A stretch of DNA of 64,000 nt from Rhodanobacteraceae bacterium (GTDB lineage: Bacteria > Pseudomonadota > Gammaproteobacteria > Xanthomonadales > Rhodanobacteraceae). The stretch is from positions 2,010 to 66,009 of the forward strand of contig DASVGR010000129.1 in the NCBI GenBank assembly GCA_036379395.1, read 5' to 3'. Positions 11,166 through 21,276 of this stretch are shown one piece after another. The notes under the pieces are model-generated. The model worked only from the letters and a program-made list of their open reading frames with translations. It had not been told where the DNA came from and searched no databases. The position numbers were made by a program, and so were the translations under genes. Every line of letters begins with the position of its first letter. Within the stretch, counting starts at the first letter, position 1.

Positions 11166-11195
11166 GCCGTGGGGCCTGCGACACAAGGATTCACG

Positions 11196-12002
11196 ATGGC
11201 ATTTGATTTCGCCTTGCTGCTAGTCATTCTGACCGTTCTGTTCGGGCTGATTTGGCTCATCGACCGCTTGTTTTTCCGCGCCAAACGCGTGGCCAGGGCC
11301 GAGGCCGCTGGCGAGAAGCCGCGCGACCCGTGGATGGTCGACTGGGCGCGCTCGCTGTTTCCGGTGGTGCTGGCGGTGCTGGTGCTGCGCTCGTTCGTGG
11401 CCGAGCCATTCCGCATTCCGTCCGGCTCAATGATGCCGACGCTGGACGTGGGCGACTTCATCCTCGTCAACAAGTTTGCCTACGGCCTGCGGTTGCCGGT
11501 CACGCACACCAAGATCGTCCATATCGGCGAGCCCAAGCGTGGCGACATCGTGGTGTTCCGTCCGCCGTGGAAGCCCAACCAGGACTGGATCAAGCGCGTG
11601 GTCGGCCTGCCCGGCGACAAGATCGTCATCAAGGGCGAGCAGGTGTGGATCAACGGCAAGCTGGTCCAGGACGAACCGATCGGCCCCTACCAGGGCGATG
11701 CCGACAAGAAGGAAGACCGCTACGTCATGGCCCACAGCGGCATATTGATGCGTGAGCACCTGGGGGGCATCGAGCATCACATCATCGAGATGCCGTCGAT
11801 CAACGTGGCGCCAGGCGTGCCCAGCTCGATTAATCCCGAGATCGTGCCCAAGGGCTGCTATTTCGTCATGGGCGACAACCGCGACAACAGCGAAGACAGC
11901 CGATATGAGGGCTGCGTCCCGGAAAAGGACATGGTCGGCAAGGCATTCTTCATCTGGTTCAGTCTGTCGTCGTTGTCGCGCGTCGGCACCATCCTGCACT
12001 GA
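11196..12002 (+). CDS. lepB: Signal peptidase I
   Basis: EPFRIPSGSMMPTL, IKRVVGLPGD, GDNRDNSEDSR. Confidence 0.97.
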   Translation: MAFDFALLLVILTVLFGLIWLIDRLFFRAKRVARAEAAGEKPRDPWMVDWARSLFPVVLAVLVLRSFVAEPFRIPSGSMMPTLDVGDFILVNKFAYGLRLPVTHTKIVHIGEPKRGDIVVFRPPWKPNQDWIKRVVGLPGDKIVIKGEQVWINGKLVQDEPIGPYQGDADKKEDRYVMAHSGILMREHLGGIEHHIIEMPSINVAPGVPSSINPEIVPKGCYFVMGDNRDNSEDSRYEGCVPEKDMVGKAFFIWFSLSSLSRVGTILH

Positions 12003-12051
12003 CCACGCAAAATCCATCGTGCGGGCCAACGGTGCCTGACAGGGGGAAACA

Positions 12052-12441
12052 ATGCTCACCAAGCACAAACAATCGGGCATGACGTTGATCGGCTTCCTCG
12101 TGATCCTGATCATTGCGGGCTTTTTTGCCTACATGGCGATGAAACTGGCGCCGCCGTACATGGATTTCATGGGCGTGAGCAAGGCCATGAAGCAGGTCGC
12201 GACCGAGGGCGTCAACGGCAAGATGCCGAACGAGATCCGCCGCGATTTCATGTTCAAGCTGAGCTTCCAGTACGCCGACCAGGTCATCCAGCCGAGCGAC
12301 ATCACGTTCAAGCGTGCCGAAAACGGCACCAACATGACGGTGGCCTACGATCAGCAGGTGCATTTCATCTACAACATCGACTTTCTGCTGCATTTCAAGA
12401 AGTCGATCCAGTTGCAGGGCAACGTCGGCTACGGCAGCTGA
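12052..12441 (+). CDS. DUF4845-family protein with pilin-like N-terminus
   Basis: KQSG|MTLIGFLVIL N-terminus; conserved position between lepB and rnc. Confidence 0.8.
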   Translation: MLTKHKQSGMTLIGFLVILIIAGFFAYMAMKLAPPYMDFMGVSKAMKQVATEGVNGKMPNEIRRDFMFKLSFQYADQVIQPSDITFKRAENGTNMTVAYDQQVHFIYNIDFLLHFKKSIQLQGNVGYGS

Positions 12442-12518
12442 GGTGATGCGCCGGACGGGCGCATGGCGGCCCGGACGGTTATCATGGGCGCCTGTGCAAC
12501 TGATGGCCCCGTGTTCCC

Positions 12519-13175
12519 TTGAAACTTGATTATGCCTTCCGTGACCGTGCGCTGGCCGAGCTGGCGCTGACCCACCGCAGCGTCGGTCAGCCCAACAACG
12601 AGCGCCTGGAATTTCTGGGCGATTCGCTCGTCAACATGCTGGTGGCCGAACTGTTGTTCAACGCGCATCCGCATGCCAACGAGGGCGAACTGTCGCGCCT
12701 GCGCGCCGAGCTGGTCAGCGGCAAGGGACTGGCCAAGGTCGCGCGCGAGCTGGAATTGGGCGATGCCCTGCACCTGGGGCCGGGCGAGATGAAAAGCGGC
12801 GGGCATCGGCGCGAGTCGATCCTGGCCGATGCTTTCGAGGCCACGCTGGCGGCCGTGTATCTGGACGGCGGCTTCGAGGCCTGTCGCGGTGTCGTGCATG
12901 ACCTGTTCGCCGAGCGCATTGCCGCCATCCCGCGCTCGCACAAGGATGCCAAGACGCGTCTGCAGGAATGGTTGCAGGGCCGTGGCTGGGCGTTGCCCGT
13001 CTACGATTTGACCAACGCCTGGGGCGAAGACCACGCGCGCACGTTCGAAGTGGCCTGCCGCATCGACGAGCCGCGCGCATTGTGCGTGGAAGGACGTGGC
13101 AGCAGTCGTCGCGGCGCCGAGCAGAAGGCGGCTGCGGACATGCTGGCGGCATTGACCGGAGAGCAGGCGGCATGA
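12519..13175 (+). CDS. rnc: Ribonuclease III
   Basis: ALTHRS, NNERLEFLGDS, ILADAFEA, dsRBD KDAKTRLQEWLQ. TTG start is uncertain. Confidence 0.96.
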   Translation: MKLDYAFRDRALAELALTHRSVGQPNNERLEFLGDSLVNMLVAELLFNAHPHANEGELSRLRAELVSGKGLAKVARELELGDALHLGPGEMKSGGHRRESILADAFEATLAAVYLDGGFEACRGVVHDLFAERIAAIPRSHKDAKTRLQEWLQGRGWALPVYDLTNAWGEDHARTFEVACRIDEPRALCVEGRGSSRRGAEQKAAADMLAALTGEQAA

Positions 13176-14083
13176 GCAACAACGTATCCACCGATGATTT
13201 TCGCTGCGGCCTGGTCGCCCTGGTCGGGCGGCCCAACGTGGGCAAGTCGACGCTGCTCAACGCGTTGATCGGCTTTCGCCTGTCCATCGTCAGCCCGCGC
13301 CCGCAAACCACGCGGCACCGCATTCTGGGCATTTCCACCACGCAGTCCGGCCAGGTTCTGTACGTGGACACGCCGGGCTTGCATCGCGGTGCCAAGCGCG
13401 CCATGAACCGCAGCCTGAACCGGGCCGCGCGGCAGGCCATCGCCGAGGTGGACGTGGCCGTGCAACTGGTCGAGGCCGGGCGCTTCACCGACGAGGACGA
13501 AGCCGTCTACGCCGCCTTGGCCGAACGCAACATTCCGCGCCTGCTGGCGGTCAACAAGGTCGACAAGCAAAAAGACAAGGGTGCCATGTTGCCGTTTGTG
13601 GCCCAGCTGACCGCCGAGCGTTCGTTCGAGGAAGTGTTCTACGTCAGCGCGTTGAAGGAAAAAGGCCTGCCGGAGCTGACCGCCGGCATCATCAAGCGCT
13701 TGCCGCAACAGCCGGCCATTTTCGACGCCGACGACGTGACTGACCGTTCCGAGCGCTTCATGGCCGCCGAAATGGTGCGCGAGCAGCTGATGCTGCGCCT
13801 GGACCAGGAATTGCCGTACGCGACCACGGTCATCATCGAGCAGTTCGACGAGCGCGCCGACGGCGTGGCCGAGATCCATGCCGTGATCTGGGTCGAGCGC
13901 GCCGGCCAGAAGGCCATCGTCATCGGCAAGGGCGGTGAACAATTGAAAGCCATCGGCACCGGTGCGCGGCGCGTCATGGAGCACGTGTTCGGACGCAAGG
14001 TCTACCTGCGTTTGTGGGTGAAGGTGCGCGAAGGCTGGGTGGACGACGAAAACGCGCTCAAGCGTTTCGGCTATACCGATTGA
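13172..14083 (+). CDS. era: GTPase Era
   Basis: GRPNVGKSTL, PQTTR, DTPG, NKVD, KH domain GQKAIVIGKGG. Confidence 0.97.
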   Translation: MSNNVSTDDFRCGLVALVGRPNVGKSTLLNALIGFRLSIVSPRPQTTRHRILGISTTQSGQVLYVDTPGLHRGAKRAMNRSLNRAARQAIAEVDVAVQLVEAGRFTDEDEAVYAALAERNIPRLLAVNKVDKQKDKGAMLPFVAQLTAERSFEEVFYVSALKEKGLPELTAGIIKRLPQQPAIFDADDVTDRSERFMAAEMVREQLMLRLDQELPYATTVIIEQFDERADGVAEIHAVIWVERAGQKAIVIGKGGEQLKAIGTGARRVMEHVFGRKVYLRLWVKVREGWVDDENALKRFGYTD

Positions 14084-14129
14084 GTGTTGCCGGTCGTTGG
14101 CCTGATGCCTGCCGGACGCTTCGACTGAC

Positions 14130-14843
14130 ATGCTCATCACGCAGCAGCCCGCCTATGTCCTGCACGCGCGGCCGTACCGCGAAACGTCCCTTTTGCTGGA
14201 ATGCCTGACGCGCGACCACGGCCGCTTGGGCGTGGTCGCGCGTGGCGTGCGGCGCGCGCGCGCCACGACGGCCGCGGCCGACCTGCAGCCGTTTCGGCGT
14301 CTGGCACTGACGTTTGTCTTGCGTGGCGAATTGGCCACCCTGCGCGCGGCCGAGCCGGTCGGGCCATCGCGACCGCTGGAAGGCACGACCCTGTTTGCCG
14401 GCCTGTACGTCAACGAGCTGGTGGTGCGCCTGTCGGCGCGGGAAGACGCGGACGGCGGCTTGTTCGACACTTATGCGCAGACCCTGGACAGGCTGACCGC
14501 CGAACCGGAAGCGTTGGCCTGGACGTTGCGCCGGTTCGAGCGCGACGCCCTGGCTGCCCTGGGCTACGCCATGGAACTGGCGGTGGACGCGCAACGCGAC
14601 GAGCCGCTCGAAGCGGCTGCGGAATACGTCTACGTGCCCGAACAGGGACCACTGCGCGCAATGCCGGGACAACCGGGCCTGCGCGTGCGCGGCGCGGATT
14701 TGCTGGGGCTGGGCAACGATCGGCCGCCGGATGCCGAAGGACTGGAACGCTTGCGGCGGCTGTTGCGCGGCATCGTGCTGCATCACCTGGGCGGCAAGCC
14801 GTTGCGCTCGTGGCAGGTGTTCGGTGGATCAGCCACGCGTTGA
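14130..14843 (+). CDS. recO: DNA repair protein RecO
   Basis: AYVLHARPYRETSLL, GLYVNEL, LRRFE, KPLRS; follows era. Confidence 0.95.
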   Translation: MLITQQPAYVLHARPYRETSLLLECLTRDHGRLGVVARGVRRARATTAAADLQPFRRLALTFVLRGELATLRAAEPVGPSRPLEGTTLFAGLYVNELVVRLSAREDADGGLFDTYAQTLDRLTAEPEALAWTLRRFERDALAALGYAMELAVDAQRDEPLEAAAEYVYVPEQGPLRAMPGQPGLRVRGADLLGLGNDRPPDAEGLERLRRLLRGIVLHHLGGKPLRSWQVFGGSATR

Positions 14844-15592
14844 TCGCATCTCACCGAGGCGTCCAGAGCCCGTATGGTGTCCAGCAGGACGTGACGGAAA
14901 TGTTCCACTTCGGGCGTCGGCGGTCTGGCGCCGTTTTCGGCCAGGTTCTTGAGGCGCCGGCAGGCGTTGGCGAGGGCGTTGGCGCCGCAAAACCCGCATG
15001 AGGCCAGCAACCGATGCAGGCGTTCGGCCAGATCGGCGGGACGCTCGGACAGCCTTGGCAGCTCGCCGGACAGCAGGCGCAGGTCGCGCGCAAACAATCC
15101 GCGCAGGGCGTCCACCACATCGGCCGTGCCGCCGTGCGCGTAGGCCGTGGCGTTGTCCAGAAGCGGAGCGGCAAGACCGTCCGGTGACGGCAGCAGATGC
15201 TCGGCCAGCGTCCGGATGGCCGCCAGCGTGGTGGGTTTGGGCAGCGCGTCGGCAAAGCCGGCCGAGGCCAAGCGTGCCTTGATGGACGCATCCAGTTCGG
15301 CACTGGATGCGGCGGCGTCGGTGTCGCGCGAGGCGGCCGCAGGGTCGCCGCGCAGGGCGGTCAATACCTCGATGGCGCCGGCATGCGGCATGCGGCAGTC
15401 CAGCAGCAGCAGGTCGAAACGTTGTTGTCGGGCCATTTCCAGCGCCTGGGCGCCGTCCTCGGCGAGGCTGACGCGGCAACCGAGCCGTTCCAGGGCGGCT
15501 TGCAGGAACAGGCGGCTGGGGGCGTCGTCCTCGGCCACCAGGACGCTGGCGTCAAAGGCGGTGATCGGCGCGTCGTCGATTTGGGCGGGCAT
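14783..15592 (-). CDS. Stand-alone receiver + Hpt domain protein
   Basis: VLVAEDD, LLLLDCRMP, LPKP (REC); LHRLLASCGFCGA (Hpt). Start chosen at MPAQIDD. Confidence 0.85.
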   Translation of the reverse strand: MPAQIDDAPITAFDASVLVAEDDAPSRLFLQAALERLGCRVSLAEDGAQALEMARQQRFDLLLLDCRMPHAGAIEVLTALRGDPAAASRDTDAAASSAELDASIKARLASAGFADALPKPTTLAAIRTLAEHLLPSPDGLAAPLLDNATAYAHGGTADVVDALRGLFARDLRLLSGELPRLSERPADLAERLHRLLASCGFCGANALANACRRLKNLAENGARPPTPEVEHFRHVLLDTIRALDASVRCDQRVADPPNTCHERNGLPPR

Positions 15593-15638
15593 GGCCGTTT
15601 CCCTGGCGTTGGGTGAATCTTTGGCACAATGCCACCCC

Positions 15639-17690
15639 ATGCGCGCGCGATCAATTCCCGGGCCGGAAAAACGGGCTGCAAAGCTGCCGCTGGCGGTTCG
15701 GGCCGGCGTGTGCCTGCTGGCCATGCTGTGGTGCACGGGGGCGCTGGCCGGCGTGCGTTTGCACATTGATCGCCTTGCGGACAAGCAGGCCGTACTGCGG
15801 CAACTGACGTTCTCACTCGACGCCGGTTCGGCGGGACAACTGGTGCTGCAGGCCAAGGCGGCCAGCGTCGACATGGCAGCGCTGGGTTGGCACAAGGTGG
15901 GCATGACGCTGGACGGCGTGATCACGCGTTCGGGACCGCAAAGCTGGATGTTCGAAGGCTCGTTGGCGTTGTCCGGCGCGCCGGGCGGCCTGCTGCGCCA
16001 GGGCCAGCTGCAATTCACGCTGGATGCCGACGCCAACAACATCGGCGTGGCTATCGTCGACAAGTCGATTCGCATCAGTGCCGCGTTGCCGCTGGATCAG
16101 CCCTCGCATGCCCGCATCAATCTCACCAACGTGCCCTTGGCGTGGCTGCAGGGATTGTTGTCGGGCGTGTGGTCCGGCCGTCTGACCGGCGGCAGCCTGG
16201 ATGGCGTGATGGCGCTGGACATGGAGGGCAACGGCTTTCGCAGCTCCAGCGACGTGACGCTGAAGGGCGCCGGTTTCGACGCCGAGGGCGGCAAATTGGC
16301 CGGGCAGGGGCTGGACATGCGCGGCCACGTCACGGTGGACACGACGGGCAAGCAGGACACGCTGGCCGCCGATCTTCTGCTGCAAGGCGGTCAATGGCTG
16401 CTGGGCCCGATGTATGCGGCCTTGCCGAAGCATCAAGTGCATTTGTCGATGCAGGCCGTCATGGAGCGCTACGGCATCAGCCTGCGCCATTTGCGTTTTA
16501 CCGATCCGGGCACCCTGCATTTGTCCGGTGCCATGTTCGTGGCCGACGATGGCCACGTGCGCAATGTCAACCTGACCCGCTTCAGCGCCAGTCTGCCGGG
16601 TGCCTACACGCGTTACGGCAAGGCGTGGCTGGCGACGCTGGGATACGCCAACCTCAAGACCGCGGGCGAACTGGAAGGCAGCTTCTGGATGGATGCGCAC
16701 GGCTTGCGCGCCTTGCAGTTGAATGCTTCGCAAGTGACGGCGCAAGGGGCGCGTCTGGCCGTTTCCGGCCTGGATGGCGCGTTGGACTGGCGGCGTGGAG
16801 CGACTCGCCCGGCAACGTCCCTGGCCTGGAAGCAACTGGCGTTCAGCGGCATCGACCTGGGTGCGGCCCAGACGCACTGGCGCACCGAGAACGGCCAGTT
16901 GACGCTGCAGCAGCCGGTGGCAATGGCCTTGCTGGGCGGTCAATTGCACGTCAATCGGCTGGCATGGAATCCGCAGGCGGGCAATGGGCAGCACCTGGGA
17001 ATGTCGTTGGCCTTGACCGACATCGATGTGGCGCAATTGTCCAAGGCGTTTGGCTGGCCGCACTTTACCGGCACGCTCGGAGGGGCCATCCCCGGCTTGC
17101 GTTACGTCGGCAACCATGTCGAGCTGGATGGCGGTTTGTCGCTCAGCGTGTTCGGCGGTTTTGTCCAGGTGACGAACCTGGCCGTGCAGCATCCGTTCGG
17201 CGCCACGCCGGTGCTGGTCGGCGATGTCCATCTGGGCGGTCTCAATCTGGCCAGCCTGACCAGCGTGTTCGACTTTGGCCGCATCACCGGGCGCCTTGAT
17301 GGCGACGTCAAGCAATTGCGGCTGGTGAACTGGACGCCGGTCGCGTTCCAGGCTTCCCTGACCACGACAGGCAAGGGCGGTCGCATCAGCCAGCGGGCCG
17401 TCAACAATCTCACTTCGGTCGGCGGCGGTGGCCTTGCCACGGGCCTGCAGGGCGCGGTGATGAAACTGTTCGACAGTTTCGGCTACAGCCGCATCGGCTT
17501 GAGTTGCACCCTGCGTGGTTCGGTGTGCCACATGCAGGGCATCAAGCCGGTTGACGACGGCTATCTCATCGTCGAGGGCCGCGGCCTGCCGCATTTGTCC
17601 GTCATCGGCCATCAGCATGAAGTGAGCTGGCCGATATTGGTGGCGCGCCTGAAGGCGGCCATCCACGGCGGTGGGCCGGTCATCAAGTGA
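15639..17690 (+). CDS. YdbH/AsmA-like beta-rich envelope protein
   Basis: N-terminal hydrophobic segment, long amphipathic beta-strand-rich sequence, upstream of a YdbL-like gene. Start is approximate. Confidence 0.65.
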   Translation: MRARSIPGPEKRAAKLPLAVRAGVCLLAMLWCTGALAGVRLHIDRLADKQAVLRQLTFSLDAGSAGQLVLQAKAASVDMAALGWHKVGMTLDGVITRSGPQSWMFEGSLALSGAPGGLLRQGQLQFTLDADANNIGVAIVDKSIRISAALPLDQPSHARINLTNVPLAWLQGLLSGVWSGRLTGGSLDGVMALDMEGNGFRSSSDVTLKGAGFDAEGGKLAGQGLDMRGHVTVDTTGKQDTLAADLLLQGGQWLLGPMYAALPKHQVHLSMQAVMERYGISLRHLRFTDPGTLHLSGAMFVADDGHVRNVNLTRFSASLPGAYTRYGKAWLATLGYANLKTAGELEGSFWMDAHGLRALQLNASQVTAQGARLAVSGLDGALDWRRGATRPATSLAWKQLAFSGIDLGAAQTHWRTENGQLTLQQPVAMALLGGQLHVNRLAWNPQAGNGQHLGMSLALTDIDVAQLSKAFGWPHFTGTLGGAIPGLRYVGNHVELDGGLSLSVFGGFVQVTNLAVQHPFGATPVLVGDVHLGGLNLASLTSVFDFGRITGRLDGDVKQLRLVNWTPVAFQASLTTTGKGGRISQRAVNNLTSVGGGGLATGLQGAVMKLFDSFGYSRIGLSCTLRGSVCHMQGIKPVDDGYLIVEGRGLPHLSVIGHQHEVSWPILVARLKAAIHGGGPVIK

Positions 17691-17786
17691 ATCGGAGCGG
17701 GTGCCGCCAGACTGGGCGCCGCCGGCCATCTGTGTGATCATTTCACCTTTCCCGGTGTGTGCCGGGTGGCTTTCGGAGAACGTTGC

Positions 17787-18395
17787 ATGCGCAAAAGTCT
17801 GTTGTGCCTTGGCGTGTTGTTGCTGACCACTTTGGCTGGTTGCGTCACGATCAACGTGTATTTCCCCAAGGCCGCCGCGCAGAAGGCCGCCGGCCAGTTC
17901 ATCGGTTCGGTCATCGGACCCGAAACGCCGGCTGCCGCCGGCAGCGTGGCGCCGGCGCCACAGTCGGTACCGGCGACGCACAAGCCACCGTTGGCCAGCG
18001 TGATCGATTTTCTGATCCCGGCGGCCGAGGCGGCGGCCGTGCCGGATTTGCGCATCCACACGCCGGCGCTGGACAGCATCCGCACGCGCATGCGCCAGCG
18101 TTACGAAAAGTCGTTGCACCCGTTGCTGGATCGCGGCGTGGTCGGCTTTACGCATGACGGCCTGGTTGCCGTGCACGATGCCAGCGCGGTGCCGTTGGCC
18201 GAGCGTGCCGGCATCAACAACGTGGTGGCGGCCGACAACCGCGACCGCAACGCGTTGTACCGCGAAATCGCCAACGCCAACGGTCATCCGGACTGGGAAG
18301 CGCGCATCCGCGCCACGTTTGCGGCGTTGTGGATCGAAAAGGCGCATGCCGGCTGGTACTACCAGGACGCGGCCGGCAACTGGAAGCGCAAGTAA
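17787..18395 (+). CDS. YdbL-family (DUF1318) lipoprotein
   Basis: Lipobox LAG|C followed by VTINVYFP; VAADNRDRNALYREIA and AHAGWYYQDAAGNW motifs. Confidence 0.8.
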   Translation: MRKSLLCLGVLLLTTLAGCVTINVYFPKAAAQKAAGQFIGSVIGPETPAAAGSVAPAPQSVPATHKPPLASVIDFLIPAAEAAAVPDLRIHTPALDSIRTRMRQRYEKSLHPLLDRGVVGFTHDGLVAVHDASAVPLAERAGINNVVAADNRDRNALYREIANANGHPDWEARIRATFAALWIEKAHAGWYYQDAAGNWKRK

Positions 18396-18440
18396 CTTTG
18401 GCCGCCGGAGCGCGACCGCTCCGGCGCGACATGACGAGTC

Positions 18441-19748
18441 ATGAAGAAAATCATCCAGATTGAAACCGACATCGTGGGCCTGACCCACGACGGGCGCGGC
18501 GTGGCGCGGGTTGACGACAAGGCCTTGTTCGTCGACGGCACGCTGCCGGGCGAAAAGGTGCGCGTGGCGATCACGCGCCGGCATCGGCGCTTCGACGAGG
18601 GCGAGGTGGCGGAAATCCTCGTGCCGTCGCCCGACCGCGTCGAACCGCGCTGTCCGCATTACGCCATTTGCGGCGGTTGCACGCTGCAGCACATGGAATT
18701 GGGCGCGCAGATCCGCGCCAAGCAGAACGTGCTGGCCGAGAACTTCGAGCGCATCGGCAAGGTTGCGCCGGAACGCTGGCTGGAACCGTTGACCGGCGCG
18801 GCGTGGGGCTATCGTCGGCGCGGCCGGCTGTCGGTGCGCAAGGTGCCGAAAAAGGGCCGCGTGCTGGTCGGTTTCCGCGAAAAGGGCAATCCGCGCTACG
18901 TGGCCGACATCGCCCATTGCGACGTGGTGCATCCGCGCCTGGGCGAGCGCATCGGCGCGCTGGGCGAGCTGGTCAGCGGCATGGACGCGGCCGGCGACAT
19001 CGCGCAGATCGAGTTTGCCGCCGGCGACGACATCATCGCGCTGGTGTTTCGTCACCTGAAGCCGTTGGGGCAGCCCGACCTGGATGCCCTGGTCGCCTTT
19101 GGCAAAGAGCATGGTTTTGCCATCTACCTGCAGCCGGGCGGCAACACCAGTGTGCATCCGCTGTGGCCGGAGCATCCGAAGCTGGCCTACCGTTTCGACA
19201 ACGACGCGTTGGAACTGGAATTCCGTCCGCTGGATTTCGTGCAGATCAACGCCGACATGAACGAGCGCATGCTGGCGCAGGCGTTGCGGCTTCTGGACCC
19301 GCAGCCGACCGACCGCGTGCTGGACCTGTTTTGCGGCCTGGGTAATTTCACCTTGCCGATGGCGCGCCGCGTGGCCGACGTGGCCGGCGTGGAAGGTGAG
19401 CATGCGCTGGTCGAGCGCGCCGATGCCAACGCCGCGCACAACGGCATCGCCAACGCGCGTTTCCATGTGGCCAACCTGTTCGAGGACCAGCACGAGACGG
19501 CGTGGGCGCGCGAAGACTGGGACAAGATCCTGCTCGATCCGCCGCGCGCCGGCGCCGACCAGGTGCTGGAGTATTTACCGCGCAAATCGACCCGCCGCAT
19601 CGTCTACGTGTCGTGCCATCCGGCCTCGCTGGCGCGCGATGCCGGCATTCTGGTGCAAAAGCACGGCTTCCGGCTGGCCGCGGCCGGCGTGATGGACATG
19701 TTTCCGCACACCGCCCACGTCGAATCCATGGCGCTGTTCGAGCGATGA
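18441..19748 (+). CDS. rlmD: 23S rRNA (uracil-1939-C5)-methyltransferase
   Basis: TRAM domain, CPHYAICGGC Fe-S motif, VLDLFCGLGNF, LDPPRAG, YVSC, DMFPHTAHVE. Confidence 0.96.
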   Translation: MKKIIQIETDIVGLTHDGRGVARVDDKALFVDGTLPGEKVRVAITRRHRRFDEGEVAEILVPSPDRVEPRCPHYAICGGCTLQHMELGAQIRAKQNVLAENFERIGKVAPERWLEPLTGAAWGYRRRGRLSVRKVPKKGRVLVGFREKGNPRYVADIAHCDVVHPRLGERIGALGELVSGMDAAGDIAQIEFAAGDDIIALVFRHLKPLGQPDLDALVAFGKEHGFAIYLQPGGNTSVHPLWPEHPKLAYRFDNDALELEFRPLDFVQINADMNERMLAQALRLLDPQPTDRVLDLFCGLGNFTLPMARRVADVAGVEGEHALVERADANAAHNGIANARFHVANLFEDQHETAWAREDWDKILLDPPRAGADQVLEYLPRKSTRRIVYVSCHPASLARDAGILVQKHGFRLAAAGVMDMFPHTAHVESMALFER

Positions 19749-20260
19749 GCACCGAGATCGAACGCAAGTTCTTGCTGGCCGACGAGGGCTGGCGCGCCGG
19801 CATCGCGACCAGTACGCGCATGGCGCAAGGGTATCTGCAGGACGTCGCCGCGCTGCGGCAAGGCATGGCCCATGCGTCGGTGCGCGTGCGCGTGGCCGGC
19901 AGCGAAGCCTGGCTCAACGTCAAGTCGGTCGCGCTGGGTATCGCGCGGAGGGAGTTCGAATACCCCGTGCCACTGGCCGACGCCGAACAAATGCTGGCCG
20001 AGCTGTGCCGTGGTCGCGTGGAAAAGACGCGCCATCGGGTGCCGGTCGACGGGCACGTGTTCGAGATCGACGAATTTGCCGGTGCCAATGCCGGCCTTAT
20101 CGTGGCCGAGCTGGAATTGCCGGCCGTCGACGCGCCGTATCCGCGGCCGGCCTGGCTGGGTCGCGAGGTGAGCGATTTGCCGCGCTATTACAACGTCAAC
20201 CTGATCGACCATCCGTTCGCGGCGTGGAGCGCGGCCGAGCGGGCCGGGGAGACAGCCTGA
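19745..20260 (+). CDS. CYTH domain protein
   Basis: EIERKFL, RVR, EFEY, EKTR, FEIDEF, AELEL. Confidence 0.92.
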   Translation: MSTEIERKFLLADEGWRAGIATSTRMAQGYLQDVAALRQGMAHASVRVRVAGSEAWLNVKSVALGIARREFEYPVPLADAEQMLAELCRGRVEKTRHRVPVDGHVFEIDEFAGANAGLIVAELELPAVDAPYPRPAWLGREVSDLPRYYNVNLIDHPFAAWSAAERAGETA

Positions 20261-21276
20261 TGTTGCTGATCGGCGTGGCGGGTTTGACCTTGTCGGCGCA
20301 CGAGCGCGAGCAATTGCGCGCGCCGCAGGTGTCCGGCGTGGTGCTGTTTGCGCGCAATTTCGCCTCGCGCGAGCAATTGCTGCAGCTGGTCGATGAACTG
20401 CGCGAAGTGCGCGGCGACGACGCCTTCATCATCGCCGTGGACCAGGAAGGCGGCCGCGTGCAGCGTTTCAAGGACGGCTTCACGCGCCTGCCGGCACTGG
20501 CGCGGATTGGCGCCGTGTGGGCGCAAGACGCCAAACATGCCGTGGCTTTGGCCGAGGAACACGCCTGGATCATGGCCAGTGAGTTGCGCGCCTGCGACAT
20601 CGACCTGAGTTTTGCCCCGGTGCTGGACCTGGCGCGCGGCAACCTGGCCATCGGCGACCGCGCATTTGCCGCCGATGCGGCTGTGGTCAGCGAACTGGGC
20701 CAGGCCTACGTGTGCGGCATGCACCTGGCCGGCATGGCGGCCACGCTGAAGCATTTTCCGGGACATGGCTCGGTCCTGGCCGACACGCACCGTGACATGG
20801 CCGTGGATGACCGGGACGAGGATTTGATCCGTCGCGACGACTTGCCTCCATTCGTCGACGCCATGGCCAGCGGTGCCGAGGCGGTGATGCTGGCGCACGT
20901 GATTTATCCGTCCATGGACGCCTTGCCGGCCGGACAGTCGCCGCGCTGGATCAAGAACGTGCTGCGCGACGAGCTCGGTTTTGCCGGCATCGTTTTCAGC
21001 GACGACATTTCCATGGCCGCGGCGCAGGCCGCCGGCGGCGTGGCCGCGCGCATCAAGGCGCACCACGATGCCGGCTGCGACCTCATCCTGGCCTGCCAGC
21101 CCGACGTGGTCGACCAGGCGCTGGACGCTGTGCGCGACCAGGCGCCTTGTGATCCCGAACGCGTGGCAACCTTGCGCGGCACCGTGGCCAGCACTTGGGC
21201 GTCGCTGGAAGACAACCCGCAACGCGACGCCTTCATCGCCCATGTCCGGGCACTTGCCGACGAGGAATCCGCATGA
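20260..21276 (+). CDS. nagZ: Beta-N-acetylhexosaminidase (GH3)
   Basis: LFARN, DQEGGRVQR, FAPVLD, KHFPGHG..DTH, SDDISM. Confidence 0.96.
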   Translation: MLLIGVAGLTLSAHEREQLRAPQVSGVVLFARNFASREQLLQLVDELREVRGDDAFIIAVDQEGGRVQRFKDGFTRLPALARIGAVWAQDAKHAVALAEEHAWIMASELRACDIDLSFAPVLDLARGNLAIGDRAFAADAAVVSELGQAYVCGMHLAGMAATLKHFPGHGSVLADTHRDMAVDDRDEDLIRRDDLPPFVDAMASGAEAVMLAHVIYPSMDALPAGQSPRWIKNVLRDELGFAGIVFSDDISMAAAQAAGGVAARIKAHHDAGCDLILACQPDVVDQALDAVRDQAPCDPERVATLRGTVASTWASLEDNPQRDAFIAHVRALADEESA

